This document shows, one piece after another, positions 14,041-25,815 of a DNA stretch of 64,000 nt. Origin of the DNA: Takakia lepidozioides (Eukaryota; Plantae; Bryophyta); contig CM060734.1 in NCBI GenBank assembly GCA_030704615.1, positions 48,856,001-48,920,000 of the forward strand, read 5' to 3'. The position numbers and the translations under genes are program-made. Under the pieces are notes generated by a model. The model made no database searches. It saw nothing but the letters and a program-made list of their open reading frames with translations, and had not been told where the DNA came from. Every line of letters starts with the position of its first letter. Positions within the stretch are counted from its first letter, which is position 1.

Positions 14041-14820
14041 TCCGTGATGAAAACTCACAACCCAACCGGTTGTCAACCTGTCTCTAATCCCCACTTTCTA
14101 CAAGGTAACCGGGTAAAGAACCTGTTGCGGCTACTGGTTCAAGCAGGAATAATAGGTTTCTAACGTAGACCTGTACCTGCACCTGCATCCACCGCAAGCA
14201 CTCCTATGGTCTGCTGGTCATCAACCCAGCCTCACCATAGAAGAAACACTGGTGGTCTTGCTGGTCATCACTCCAGCCTCACCACCGACAACATACTCTA
14301 GGATTGGCCGGTGATCAAATCCGGACCAACCTCCTATGAAAACAAGCGCCCACACAAAGCTAACATGGCACACAGTCAAGCATGCAGGTGTGGAGGGGAT
14401 CCAAACACAAGAAAATCAAGACAGCAACTCCCCCACACCAAAAACACTCCACAGTGTCGCTCCTGCAAGGACACCCCAGCCCAAACCCGGACTGACTCTT
14501 GCCTCCACCTACGGAAAGGTTTTGGCCTACAGAGAGGGTGAAAACTATGGAGAAGAGAAACTAAAGCAATTCCTAACCCCAGAATGCTCTCATCCCACCA
14601 CTCTCCCTCCTGTCTCTATCCACTCGCTTGTATGGCCGTGGCAAGTATCCTTCAATATCCCTCAATCAATCCTTCAAGAGCTCTTCAACATTGTCCACCA
14701 AAGCTCCTCGAAGGGTCCTCCAAGGACCCCAAAGATCCTCCAAATACTCCTCCAAGGGCCCTCAAATATCTTCCAAACAATCCTCCAAAGGCCCTTAAAT
14801 TTCACTAAGTCCTTTCACTA

Positions 14821-15215
14821 TTGATACCTTAACAGAGGTATAGTCTGAGGTTGCTAGGGTCCCTTATGTTGATGATACCTTTACAGAGGTATAGTCTGAA
14901 AATGAGGGTTCTGTTTGGTATACTAACAGAGGTTAGTCTGAGCTGATTAGGGTCCACATATGGTGATACCTCAACAGAGGTATTGTAAAAGGGACAAGCT
15001 CCTGTTTGGTATACTAACAGAGGTATAGTCTGAGCTGATTAGGGTTCACATATGGTGATACCTCAATAGAGGTATAGTAAAATGGACAAGCTCCTGTTTG
15101 GTATACTAACAGAGGTATAGTCTCACATTAGGGTTCACATATGGTGATACCTCAACAGAGGTATAGTCAAAGGGACAAGCTCCTGTTTGGTATACTAACA
15201 GAGGTATAGTCTGAG
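14821..15215. repeat. Tandem repeat (~45-bp subunits, ~90-bp higher-order period) in the leader of copy 1
   Basis: Recurring (g/t)atac(c)t(c)aacagaggtatagtc core, about 9 copies. Confidence 0.85.
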
Positions 15216-16524
15216 CATACACTACTAGGGTTTGTAATGAAGAGCTAGAATGCAAGTCCTTGACTTCTATGCTTCTACTCAAGCAAAAATATGGTCTCTA
15301 GGTGGTCATAAGAGGCATCTTCTTGCTCTCTTCCACCCCAATGTGCAACCAAGAGTGGTCCAACTCAACTTGCAAGTCATTGTCCACCAAATCAATCCCC
15401 CTTCTAGTCCTTGGGATTTGATTGCAAACTACCATATCTCCATTGCCGAGCAATCATGCATTTGTCTCCTCATCACTTGACAATTGCTCCAAATCAACAC
15501 AAATTATCTCAATGTGTAGGAGCAATGCTTGTCACTTACAATAATGCTCCCAAGCAATCCGCCTTGGATCCCACTCTCACGCCATATGCCTCATTTGGGG
15601 TCTTGCACCAATCCATCATCCATGTGCTCCCCGTGGTCATTTGAATGCATGTTTCATGACCTCTTGGCCTATGTGTTGCTCTCCTTCATCATAACATGAA
15701 TCAACACCTCTCCACTTCACACACAAATGGATCTCAAAGGCCTTCATCTCTTGCTAGTTCAAGAGCTCCCCTTCTCAAACTTGAACTTACAAACTCAAGC
15801 GAGCATGCTCCACACATGCACCACTTGCTTGGTCAACTATCCACCACAAAGCTCGCACTACCAAGAGCATGAATAGCCAAGTATTGCCTCCTCCTCTTGT
15901 CACATTACATAGTTAGGGTGAAGCTATGCATACATTGAATGATGATTTCCCTTCAAGGATTTCCCACCACATGTTCTCCAAGCCCTTCCAACGGCACCCT
16001 AAGCTTGGCTCCACACCACCATGATTGGAAGATTTCTTCACATGCTCCCTTTCAAAACCTCTTGAGCTTCTTAGTGCTCTCCAAGTGCTTGCCCTTGTTG
16101 TCTTCAAGCCCAAGCATATATAGCTCCTTGGCTTCTCTTCCACAACATCCACACTTTGAACTTGCTTAACCCTAGCTTGATAGTGAAATGAGCACTAACA
16201 AGCCTTTAGTCACTCTCCACAAGCCATGGCGCACACCATCGACTCCATAATGCATACAAAGGATTCTCAAACCCTAGAATCCATGCTTCCACACACACAA
16301 GACTTCCTCCTTACAATCCTTGCAAAATCTTGTGACTCAAGAGCTTTCTTCTCAAGCTCTCCAACTCCTTGTTGCATGCAATACTCGAGCACCCTTCCTT
16401 GCAACCCCTTGCAAGCCTTGTGATATAAGAGCTAAATTCTCCTAGCTCTCAACCTCTTTAAAATACAAGTGCAAAACTAATTCTTATACTCCGCACTCAC
16501 AAGCATAAGGTGATCTTCTTGTAG

Positions 16525-16945
16525 TGATAAGAGAAGAGAAATGAGAGAAGTAGAAGACAATGAAAGCTCTCAAAGCATGAAGCAATCACATGAAGAACAA
16601 GCCTTAGTCCTTCCAAGTGAAATCCACTTTATCACATAAACTAAGTCAAGCCAAGGGCACCTTTGCTAAAGGAATCCACCCTACAAAGCCCTCAACACAC
16701 TCCCTCTCAATACCTAGAGCTATGGAGGTGAGAGAAGCTCATGGAGGCTCAACTACAAGAAGATGAGCCTCCTCAACACTCACAAGGGGAAAACCTATCT
16801 CCATGTCTCAAGTGAGGCTCGACACCTCACTTGGCATGTGAGACCAAATGAAGTCCCAACACACAAAATATAAATATAAATATCTAAAATGTCCTAGTTA
16901 ACTAGAAGTAGGTAATTCTAGATAACCATGACTAAAACCATGACA
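16525..16945 (-). repeat. 5' terminal repeat A1 of copy 1
   Basis: Matches 6011-6431 with few substitutions; reads TGTC...TTATCA on the element strand. Confidence 0.92.
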
Positions 16946-18538
16946 GAGCGTTCAGCTCGACCAACTCTCTGTGGCTCAACCGGTAGGGCGCTTTGGCAGG
17001 CAGTTCTGATCCCAGTATCACCTCAATCATGTGGTCAACTCCTCTTCGCGGTGGCAAGCCGCTTGGTAAATCCTCCGGCATCACATCCTGGTATTTCTCC
17101 AAAATCCCCTTGATCCAATCTGGGCTCGGCTCTCCATCACCTTCTCCCTTCACTTGTCTTACATAAAGCAAAAACTGGGGCTCGTGTGACTCCTCCACGA
17201 CCCACTCCCTTGTTGATAGCAGGTTTATTTGCCCTCCCATGGGGTTGGGCATTTCCGACACCCGTAAAACTTTGCCACCATTCCCACACAGTAGAGTGAC
17301 TACTCTCTTGCGGCCATCTTTGACCGCTCCGGATCTGCTCAAAAAGGTCATCCCCAAAATGAGATCCACTCCATCAATCTCGCAAATAGTGAAGTTCTCA
17401 CGTCCCTCCCAACCCCCCAGTTGAAGAGGAACATTGAACGCCAACCTCGTCGCCAATTGTGGTTCTTTTTTGGTAGAACGCACCTCAATAGAGGCCCCCA
17501 CGTCACTTGTCGGGAGCCCCAACTTTCGTGCCGTTGCCGGTGTCATGAAGGAGTGCGACGCTCCTGTGTCCACCAACAACGACACGTTAGTTCCGGAAAT
17601 TATCCCATCCACGAACAATAATTGACTCCCTTTACGCAGGGCGCCAGTTTCCTGATACAACTCACAAGAGTAGTTGCCTACCTTGCAAGTCTTGGCGACC
17701 ACCGCTTCCACCAAGCGGCTGATGGAATCTTCCGACAGCTCTGTGGTCGCCCGAGTCATGTTCAATTATCGGGGTTTTGCGCACTTCTTAGCCATGTGCC
17801 CGGGCTCCCCGCAATTAAAACACACCCCATCGAAGGTCGCCTTCTGTCCGCCATAAGCCGTCGCACCTGATTTTTCTTTCGAAGCACTGGGTGCCGCCTT
17901 GACGTGAGAAGGACCTCCCTTCGATTTCCACGTGCCATTGTCGTCGCGTGGCCTATCCCACTTTTTTTCTGGTCGAAATGAGTCACCCTCCCGCCGGGTC
18001 TTCTTGTGGTTTAGCTCCGTACGGCCTTGTCTTTCGCCCCTAGGGACATCCGATAAACATTCAGCCCTCTCAATTGCCTCGTTCAAAGTCTTAGGTGGCT
18101 TCTCCTCCAACTTCCGCTTGGCCCATGGGGCCAGTCCCGCCACAAAATTGAAGACCATTTTCTGGTTCTGCAATGTCCGCGACTTCGAGTAACAGCACAT
18201 TGAAAGCCTGAACATATCCCCGAATGTCATCCAATTGCTTCAAATTCCTCATCTTGTCCCGGGCGAGCCAGGGCGCGTTGAGGGGCACAAACTGTCTCTT
18301 CATCAGTTCCTTGAACCCACTCCAGTTCAGGTTTCCAGGTTTGGACCTCGGTCATGAAGACGTTTCTGCACCATTGTTGAGCATAGCCCCTCAAATAGGT
18401 GGGAGCCACTTCTACCCGATCCTTGTCACTCAACTTGGCCACCCGGAAATACTGCTCTAGCTCCAAGAGCCAGGTGTTGAGTGCCTTCCGATTTTGGATG
18501 CCCTCAAAGGTGCCGGGTTCCTTAGGATTTACCTTAAA
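16946..18538 (-). pseudogene. Chromovirus element 1 gag-protease and start of RT
   Basis: CFNCGEPGHMAKKC zinc knuckle, LLVDTGASH protease and LPPRRGVDH; frameshifted. Confidence 0.9.
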
Positions 18539-21500
18539 TATCGCGCACCTAACTTCGGTAAGCTCCCCTTCAAGTCATAGTTACTCGCTTTGATGCGCGC
18601 GCCTAACTCCCAACCTGGCCGCCGGGCCAACTCGGAGCTTCGGCTGCTCACCGGGACATAACGGTCCCCCTTTACTCTTCCAATAGACCCTCCACCAATT
18701 TGGGCCTAGTGGAAATTCCCTTCGGTAGATGGCAGTCCGGAATAGCTCCCCACTCCTTGGTCGCTTTTCCGCTCGCTCGCTTACTCACTAGTTTTTGGTC
18801 ACCAACGGGCTTGCATCGTTCACGGGGTTACTACTCCCTATATATACTTCTGTGACTGTCCGCGGGGGTTTCATAAACAACCATGCCATTTTATGGCAAA
18901 CCACCGCGAAGACCCTCGATTCCCGGTGATGAGTCGCGTGAGTCTTGGCCCACCCACCACGGTCCCATTGGACCGTGATGAGTCCCAAGACTCCCCACGC
19001 CTCCCACCACAAGGTCTCCGCCCAATGGTGAGTCCTATGCCACCTCGACTAAGTCCCGCTAAGCTACCACCACCCCTTGTGGAGCCACCCCCACCGCAAC
19101 CCGGTGTGCGGGGCTCTACCTAGTGAGCGCCTCCGCCTCCTTGAGTGCCTTGGGCACTCAAGGGTGCTTCAGCCCCCCGTACCTATCACTGCCACTGCCC
19201 CCACCACAGGGGCAGCCCCTCCCGCGTCCCGACCCCCTACCCTCAAGGCAAAGGGCCGCGACATTAAACTTTGCCTTAGTGGAAGTGACATTAGCCGCCT
19301 TCATCACGTGTTTCAACGTCCCGCCAAACTGCGCCAACAACCCTTCCCAAAAGGCTGCTGGCATGGGAGACATCTGTTGGTATGTCGGAGCTCTCAGGAA
19401 TTCCTCGGGCTCCGACTCCTCAGATTCCTCCCGTTCTTGAACGGCCTCGCTTTCAAAAGCATGCATCGCTTCCTCAAATGGCCGCTTCGGTGACACGTCG
19501 CCCCCGTCGGGCTCACCAGGATCATCATCTTTCGGGTCGTTCCGCTTTCTCTTTCGCTTTGGCTTGCCCGACCCCATGATGAGGCCGATCCCAAGGACAA
19601 TCGCGTACTGAACTCTAAGCTCTGATACCCAAGTGTCGCGCACCTCACTTCGGTAAGCTCCCCTTCAAGTCATAGTTACTCGCTTTGATGCGCGCGCCTA
19701 ACTCCCAACCTGGCCCTCGGGCCAACTCGGAGCTTCGGCTGCTCACCGGGACATAACGATCCCCCTTTACTCTTCCAACAGACCCTCCACCAATTTGGGC
19801 CTAGTGGAAATTCCCTTTGGTAGATGGCAGTCCGGAATAGCTCCCCACTCCTTGGTCGCTTTCCGGCTCGCTCGCTTACTCACTAGTTTTTGGTCACCAA
19901 CGGGCTTGCACCGTTCTCGGGGTTACTACTCCCTATATATACTTCTGTGATTGTCCGCGGGGGTTTCATAAACAACCATGCCATTTTATGGCGAACCACC
20001 GCGAAGACCCTCGATTCTCGGTGATGAGTCGCGTGAGTCTTGGCCCACCCACCACGGTCCCATTGGACCGTGATGAGTCCCAAGACTCCCCACGCCTCCC
20101 ACCACAAGGTCTCCGCCCAATGGTGAGTCCTATGCCACCTCGACTAAGTCCCGCTAAGCTACCACCACCCCTTGTGGAGCCACCCCCACCGCAACCCGGT
20201 GTGCGGGGCTCCACCTAGTGAGCGCCTCCGCCTCCTTGAGTGCCTTGGGCACTCAAGGGTGCTTCAGCCCCCCGTACCTATCGCTGCCACTGCCCCCACC
20301 ACAGGGGCAGCCCCTCCCGCGTCCCGACCCCCTGCCCTCAAGGCAAAGGGCCGCGACGTTAAACTTTGCCTTAGTGGAAGTGACATTAGTCGCCTTCATC
20401 ACGTGTTTCAACGTCCCACCAAACTGCGCCATAACCCTTCCCAAAAGGCTGCTGGCATGGGAGGCATCTGTTGGTCTGTCGGAGCTCTCAGGAATTCCTC
20501 GGGCTCCGACTCCTCAGATTCCTCCCGTTCTTGAGCGGCCTCGCTTTCAAAAGCATGCATCGCTTCCTCAAATGGCCGCTTCGGTGACATGTCGCTCCCA
20601 TCGGGCTCACCAGGATCATCATCTTTTGGGTCGTTCCGCTTTCGCTTTGGCTTGCCCGACCCCATGATGAGGCCGATCCCAATGACGATCGCGTACTGAA
20701 CTATAAGCTCTGATACCAAGTGTCGCGCACCTCACTTCGGTAAGCTCCCCCTTCAAGTCATAGTTACTCGCTTTGATGCGCGCGCCTAACTCCCAACCTG
20801 GCCCTCGGGCCAACTCGGAGCTTCGGCTGCTCACCGGGACATAACGATCCCCCTTTACTCTTCCAACAGACCCTCCACCAATTTGGGCCTAGTGGAAATT
20901 CCCTTTGGTAGATGGCAGTCCGGAATAGCTCCCCACTCCTTGGTCGCTTTCCGGCTCGCTCGTTTACTCACTAGTTTTGGGTCACCAACAGGCTTGCACC
21001 ATGCTCAGGGTTACTACTCCCTATATATACTTCTGTGATTGTCCGCGGGGGTTTCATAAACAACCATGCCATTTTATGGCGAACCACCGCGAAGACCCTC
21101 GATTCTCGGTGATGAGTCGCGTGAGTCTTGGCCCACCCACCACGGTCCCATTGGACCGTGATGAGTCCCAAGACTCCCCACGCCTCCCACCACAAGGTCT
21201 CCGCCCAATGGTGAGTCATATGCCACCCCCACTAAGTCCCGCTAAGCTACCACCACCCCTTGTGGAGCCACCCCCATTGCAACCCGGTGTGCGGGGCTCC
21301 ACCTAGTGAGCGCCTCCGCCTCATTGAGTGCCTTGGGCACTCAAGGATGCTTTAGCTCCCCGTACCTATCGCTGCCACTGCCCCCACCACAGGGGCAGCC
21401 CCTCCTGCGTCCCGACCCCCTGCCCTTAAGGCAAAGGGCCGCGACATTAAACTTTGCCTTAGTGGAAGTGACATTAGTCGCCTTCAACACGTCTTTCAAC

Positions 21501-22529
21501 GTCCCGCCAAACTGCGCCAACAACCCTTCCCAAAAGGCAACTGGCATGGGAGGCATCTGTTGGTCTGTCGGAGCTCTCAGGAATTCTTCGGGCTCCGACT
21601 CCTCAGATTCCTCCCGTTCTTGAGTGACCTCGCTTTCAAAAGCATGCATCGCTTCCTCAAATGGCTGATTCGGTGACACGTCGCCCCCATCGGGCTCACC
21701 GGAATCATTATCTTTCGGGTCGTTCCGCTTTCGCTTTGGCTTGCCCAACCCCATGAGGAGGCCGATCCCGATAGCATACTGAACTCTAAGCTCTGATACC
21801 AAGTGTCACGCACCTCACTTCGGTAAGCTCCCCCTTCAAGTCATAGATACTCGCTTTGATGTGTGCGCCTAACTCCCAACTTGGCCGCCGGGCCAACTCG
21901 GAGCTTCGGCTACTCACCGGGACATAACGGTTCCCCCTTTACTCTTTCAAAAGACCCTCCACCAATTTGGGCCTAGTGGAAATTCCCTTTAGTAGATGGC
22001 AGTCCGGAATAGCTCCCCACGCCTTGGTCGCTTTCCGGCTCGCTCGCTTATTCACTAGTTTTTGGTCACCAACGGGCTTGCACCGTTCTCGGGGTTACTA
22101 CTCCCTATATATACTTCTGTGACTGTCCGCGGGGGTTTCACAAACAACCATGCCATTTTATGGCGAACCACCGCGAAGACCCTCGACTCCTGGTGATGAG
22201 TCGCGGTGAGTCTTGGCCCACCCACCACGGCCCCATTGGACCTTGATGGGTCCCAAGACTCCCCACGACTCCCACCACAAGGTCTCTGCCCCATGTTGAG
22301 TCCTATGCCACCCCCACTAAGTCCCCCTAAGCTACCACCACCCCTTGTGGAGCCACCCCCACCGCAACCGGTGTGCGGGGCTCTACCTAGTGAGCGCCTT
22401 CGCCTCCTTGAGTGCCCAAGGCACTCAAGGGTGCTTCAGCCCCCCGTACCTATTGCTGCCACCACCCCCCCCACAGGGGCAGCCCCTCTGCGTCCCGACC
22501 CCCTGCCCTCAAGGCAAAGGGCCGCAACA
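18539..22529 (-). repeat. Tandem array of four chromovirus LTRs separated by three PBS/gag-N-terminus spacers
   Basis: LTRs at 18539-19263, 19634-20358, 20721-21446 and 21804-22529, period 1083-1095 bp. TSD TTAAA flanks the first LTR. Confidence 0.93.
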
Positions 22530-23159
22530 GAAGTGGACAAGAAGGGACAGCTATAGAGCTTGCTTTGACAAGTTTGTTTTCTAATATTGGGGTTGTGAGA
22601 CCTTCGGCTTTTGTGATTGACAAATGCAAGACCAATTTGAATGCCATCAACGTGGTGGTAGAGAAAAATCCGTATTGTTGGAAGGATGAGATTCGGCAAG
22701 GAGCAAGTTGCGGGAAGAATTTTACTATGTCGTTTTCATGTCATGAAAGCGTGGAGTGAAAATCTTTTGTCACGTATCTCTCTTGAAGAAAGAACAATTG
22801 TGTGGCGTCGTTTAAATGCATTGATGACTTGCTTCGATGAAGGATTGTTTGACAATCACTTGGGGGTTTTCTTTGAGGATTTCAAGCATTTTCGGGGAGT
22901 GGAAGAATACATAAGAACAGGATGGGCTAATGAAGGTGTTCCTTGGAGAGCATTGTGGCCAACTTGGGGGAGGTTTTTTACGTATGGAGGGATGGATACG
23001 ACGAATCACGTGGAACGACATTGGGAGTGAATCAAGTACACACTACTGGGGGGCAAAGTTAATCGATCTATTGATTGGGATCTCATTGTCGCAATCATTG
23101 GGAGTGCTGCTGATGGTACACGCGTCAGTGGACCAACGTTGATACAATATTTTCACCAA
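22530..23159 (+). pseudogene. MULE transposase relic, middle part
   Basis: Reads SAFVIDKC, LLCRFHVMKAW (CxxH) and DTTNHVERHW, and continues the protein interrupted at 2098. Confidence 0.8.
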
Positions 23160-23506
23160 TGTCAAGTTAAATAAGCACAGTGTGAAAACAGCTAGAATAA
23201 AACTAGTTATTTGTATTTAACACTTGGAGTTAGGTCAAGTGTTAAATCAGGTGTCAAGTTTAGTTTGACACCTGGTCTGTCTTATCTTCACGAGAGCGGC
23301 AGTCGCGCAGCTCATCTCTCTCGAGTTGAGCCTGCGCGACCGAGCTCCTGCATGCGTTTAGATCTGAGTGTACTCATGATGGGAGTGTAGGTTGTTGTGG
23401 GGTGGAGTCCCCATAGCTTGGGGTGCCCCTGGCTCGACTTCTATTTCTAAGAGTGATGGTTTGGTTTTCATGCTTTGCATCGTGTGTGACTTTAGCTTGC
23501 TTATCA
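23160..23506 (+). repeat. 5' terminal repeat A1 of copy 2 (347 bp, TG...CA)
   Basis: No differences seen by eye from 34766-35112. Confidence 0.95.
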
Positions 23507-23522
23507 CTCGAGAGAGATGAGC
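23506..23522 (+). promoter_or_regulatory. Putative self-priming primer-binding site
   Basis: ACTCGAGAGAGATGAGC is the exact reverse complement of 23310-23326 inside repeat A. No TGG tRNA-type PBS is present. Confidence 0.75.
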
Positions 23523-25815
23523 CTATCTAGTTTTCTAGTGCTAAGCTAGATACAATGTTCTTTTAACACTATTATAATATATAACTTGGGGCAGGAGCCC
23601 ATCTAGTCCTGCTGTTGCCATGGGTTTGCGCTTGTTGTTTACACATGGGCGTTGGTGGTGATCAGGGTGTAGTTATCCCTGTTTTGTGGTGGCGGGTGCG
23701 CGCGGGGGCCCTAGTAGCCTGCTGCCTGAGCGCTGGGGCAGGCTGAGCACCCAGTAGGCCAGTCGTGCCCAACTTGTGTGGTCCGTTGTGTTGCAGCTCA
23801 AGAAGGGCCATTGGCTTGTAGCCCATTCTGGCTTGCAGGCATATTGCTGGATTCACCGTGACCTGTAGCGCTGATGGTTTTATTTGGCGGGAGCGGTAGC
23901 TTGTCAAGAACCAGGTTGGCATGAGTGTAGAAATTGGTCAAGTTGGCCCAAGTCCTTGGTGATGGGGTCTTGCAGTGACCACTGAACTGTCTGCCTGCAT
24001 CTGTGTTGTTGTTTGCCCCTGTGCGGAGTCTCCGGACGTGCTGTCGACGGGTCTCGGCGTTGCGCACTCGTGTATGGTGTGAGTAGTGAAGGTCGAACGA
24101 GAAGCAGAGCGCGCTGGATGGCGGGGCGCAGGGATGCACCATCTCTCCCATCTGTTGTTCCGTTGTTTTTATGGAAACACTTTGTTCATCAGTTGTTTTT
24201 GTTTGGATCAAGAACCGAGGGTGCAGAACAAGCCTTCCACATCTTGTGGTGCTGGGGAGGCAGCGGACGAGCAGAATGTGATTGGTAATGTTGGGGGACT
24301 GTAGAGAGGGGTTGAGAGATGTACTCAAATGGAGCAGCAGATTATGGTTTTCACTGATGCGTGATGCTTGCTTGCTAACTGCTTGCTTGCTGACCAGATT
24401 AAGGACTGGGTTATGGAGTTGAAAGCGGGATCCTACTTGTCAAGGCCCAAGTGCAGAGTCCCTTCCAAGTGGTAGCTACGCCTCCTACGAAGCCTTCAGG
24501 GATCCCAACAAGACTAGGTCATAACACTTCGCTGTTTCTGTGTGCGGGTATTCTATGCACCGTGAATTGTCTTTTGGCTTGACCAGCACCTAGTAATCTG
24601 GTCGAAGAAGGGGCCCTTTTGAATATCTGGCATGTAGGTCAGCACTGGAGCATGGAACAGCGCTGACTGGAGTTCTTTAAAGATCCTTCACAATGGTGCG
24701 ACTGCAGCTTTGGCAATATGCTTTATGTAGAACGTGAAGGAGTCTGTCAGGGAGGATATTTACTGACTCGGTTATGGTGAACTGGATTGTACCCCTAGTG
24801 GTTGAATGACGTAAGAGTCTTGGTTTCTCCTCGGAAAGAGGCTCTTACTGTCAGCAGCTTAGGTTGCTCTTTCTAAGCAGGGTAGGGAAGGAGGAAAGTT
24901 GGGGTTTTTCCCTTGCAGCTGGCAAGGTGCTTAGAATGGTTAAACAGCCATCCTCCGTGATCGGTTCTCTATATTGTCTTTGGAACCGTAGCCCTACTCA
25001 CTGCCACACAGATTGATCAGCTAGCTCTCGGACTTGAAGCCAGTGGACAACAGTTCTTTGGGGTTTTGAGAGCCCCTGCTAGTAAGCAAGGATCAGAGGA
25101 CAGATCTGCCACAAAGCCAGGCACATTGCCGAGTGGTCGAGGCACGCGTACTTCCGTGCACTGCAGCTGGGTTTCCACATAGCCGACAGGCTTGAAGAAA
25201 GGTCCCAGCTGGGGATCACTCAATTTGGACACTGCTAAGCTGGTGTGTGGGGCAGGCTTTGCAGGAACTTGCTTGCCAACTTTACTTCAATGAAACTTGT
25301 GAGGGTGCCAAGGTGAAGTGTTGCTAAGGGGAAATGAGCTCCACGACCTCCATTGTCACCATGGTTTGTGGTAGAAGACGGTTGGGATTCCAAAGCATGG
25401 TGAGCTGTTGAACTCAAATGAAATGGAGGGGAACAGCAGGCACGTGGCCAGGGAACCTAGGATGCCATATAGAACTTAGGGAACCGGGAACCAGTTACCA
25501 GACATTTTGGGTGTAACTTTAAATTGTTAAACTTGAAAACCTTTAAAAAAAAAAAAAACCCTTTTTAATCTAATTTGAATGATTTGGAGCCAAATTCATC
25601 ATATCTTTGTCAAATGGACTCTGGTTGACCCAGTTTTTGGGGGATAGCTGCAGAAAGGGGAAATCTACCTATCTAAACCTGGTTTCTGCTTTGGGGACTC
25701 TGCTAAAAATCTATGGAATTTTTAGAGTGTGAGAGTGCCATGAAAGATCCACAATCCTGTCTCTAGAACCTGTGCTGGTCTATATGAGAGACAAATTGGT
25801 GGATGTACTCCATGC

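Larger units (their letters stand above)
5925..16945 (-). mobile_element. DNMT/PHD-encoding Ty3/Gypsy retrotransposon, copy 1 (decayed), nested in chromovirus pol
   Basis: 4-bp TSD GAGC (5921-5924 / 16946-16949). Repeats: A1 16525-16945, B1 6434-6519, A2 6011-6431, B2 5925-6010. gag-PR-DNMT and RT-RH-IN-PHD ORFs are collinear with copy 2. Confidence 0.93.
2099..22529 (-). mobile_element. Ty3/Gypsy chromovirus element 1 (degenerate), containing a nested DNMT-Gypsy element and a tandem LTR array
   Basis: ~725-bp LTRs at 2099-2823 and 21804-22529. PBS TGGTATCAGAGC (tRNA-iMet) lies next to the 5' LTR. gag/PR/RT/RH/IN/chromodomain fragments are on the minus strand. MULE coding sequence resumes at 22530. 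TSD is imperfect (ggag/gaag). Confidence 0.9.

Noticed and set aside
14821-15215. CRISPR-like array
   Set aside because: The spacers are themselves repeated, the context is a eukaryotic retroelement leader, and there are no cas genes.
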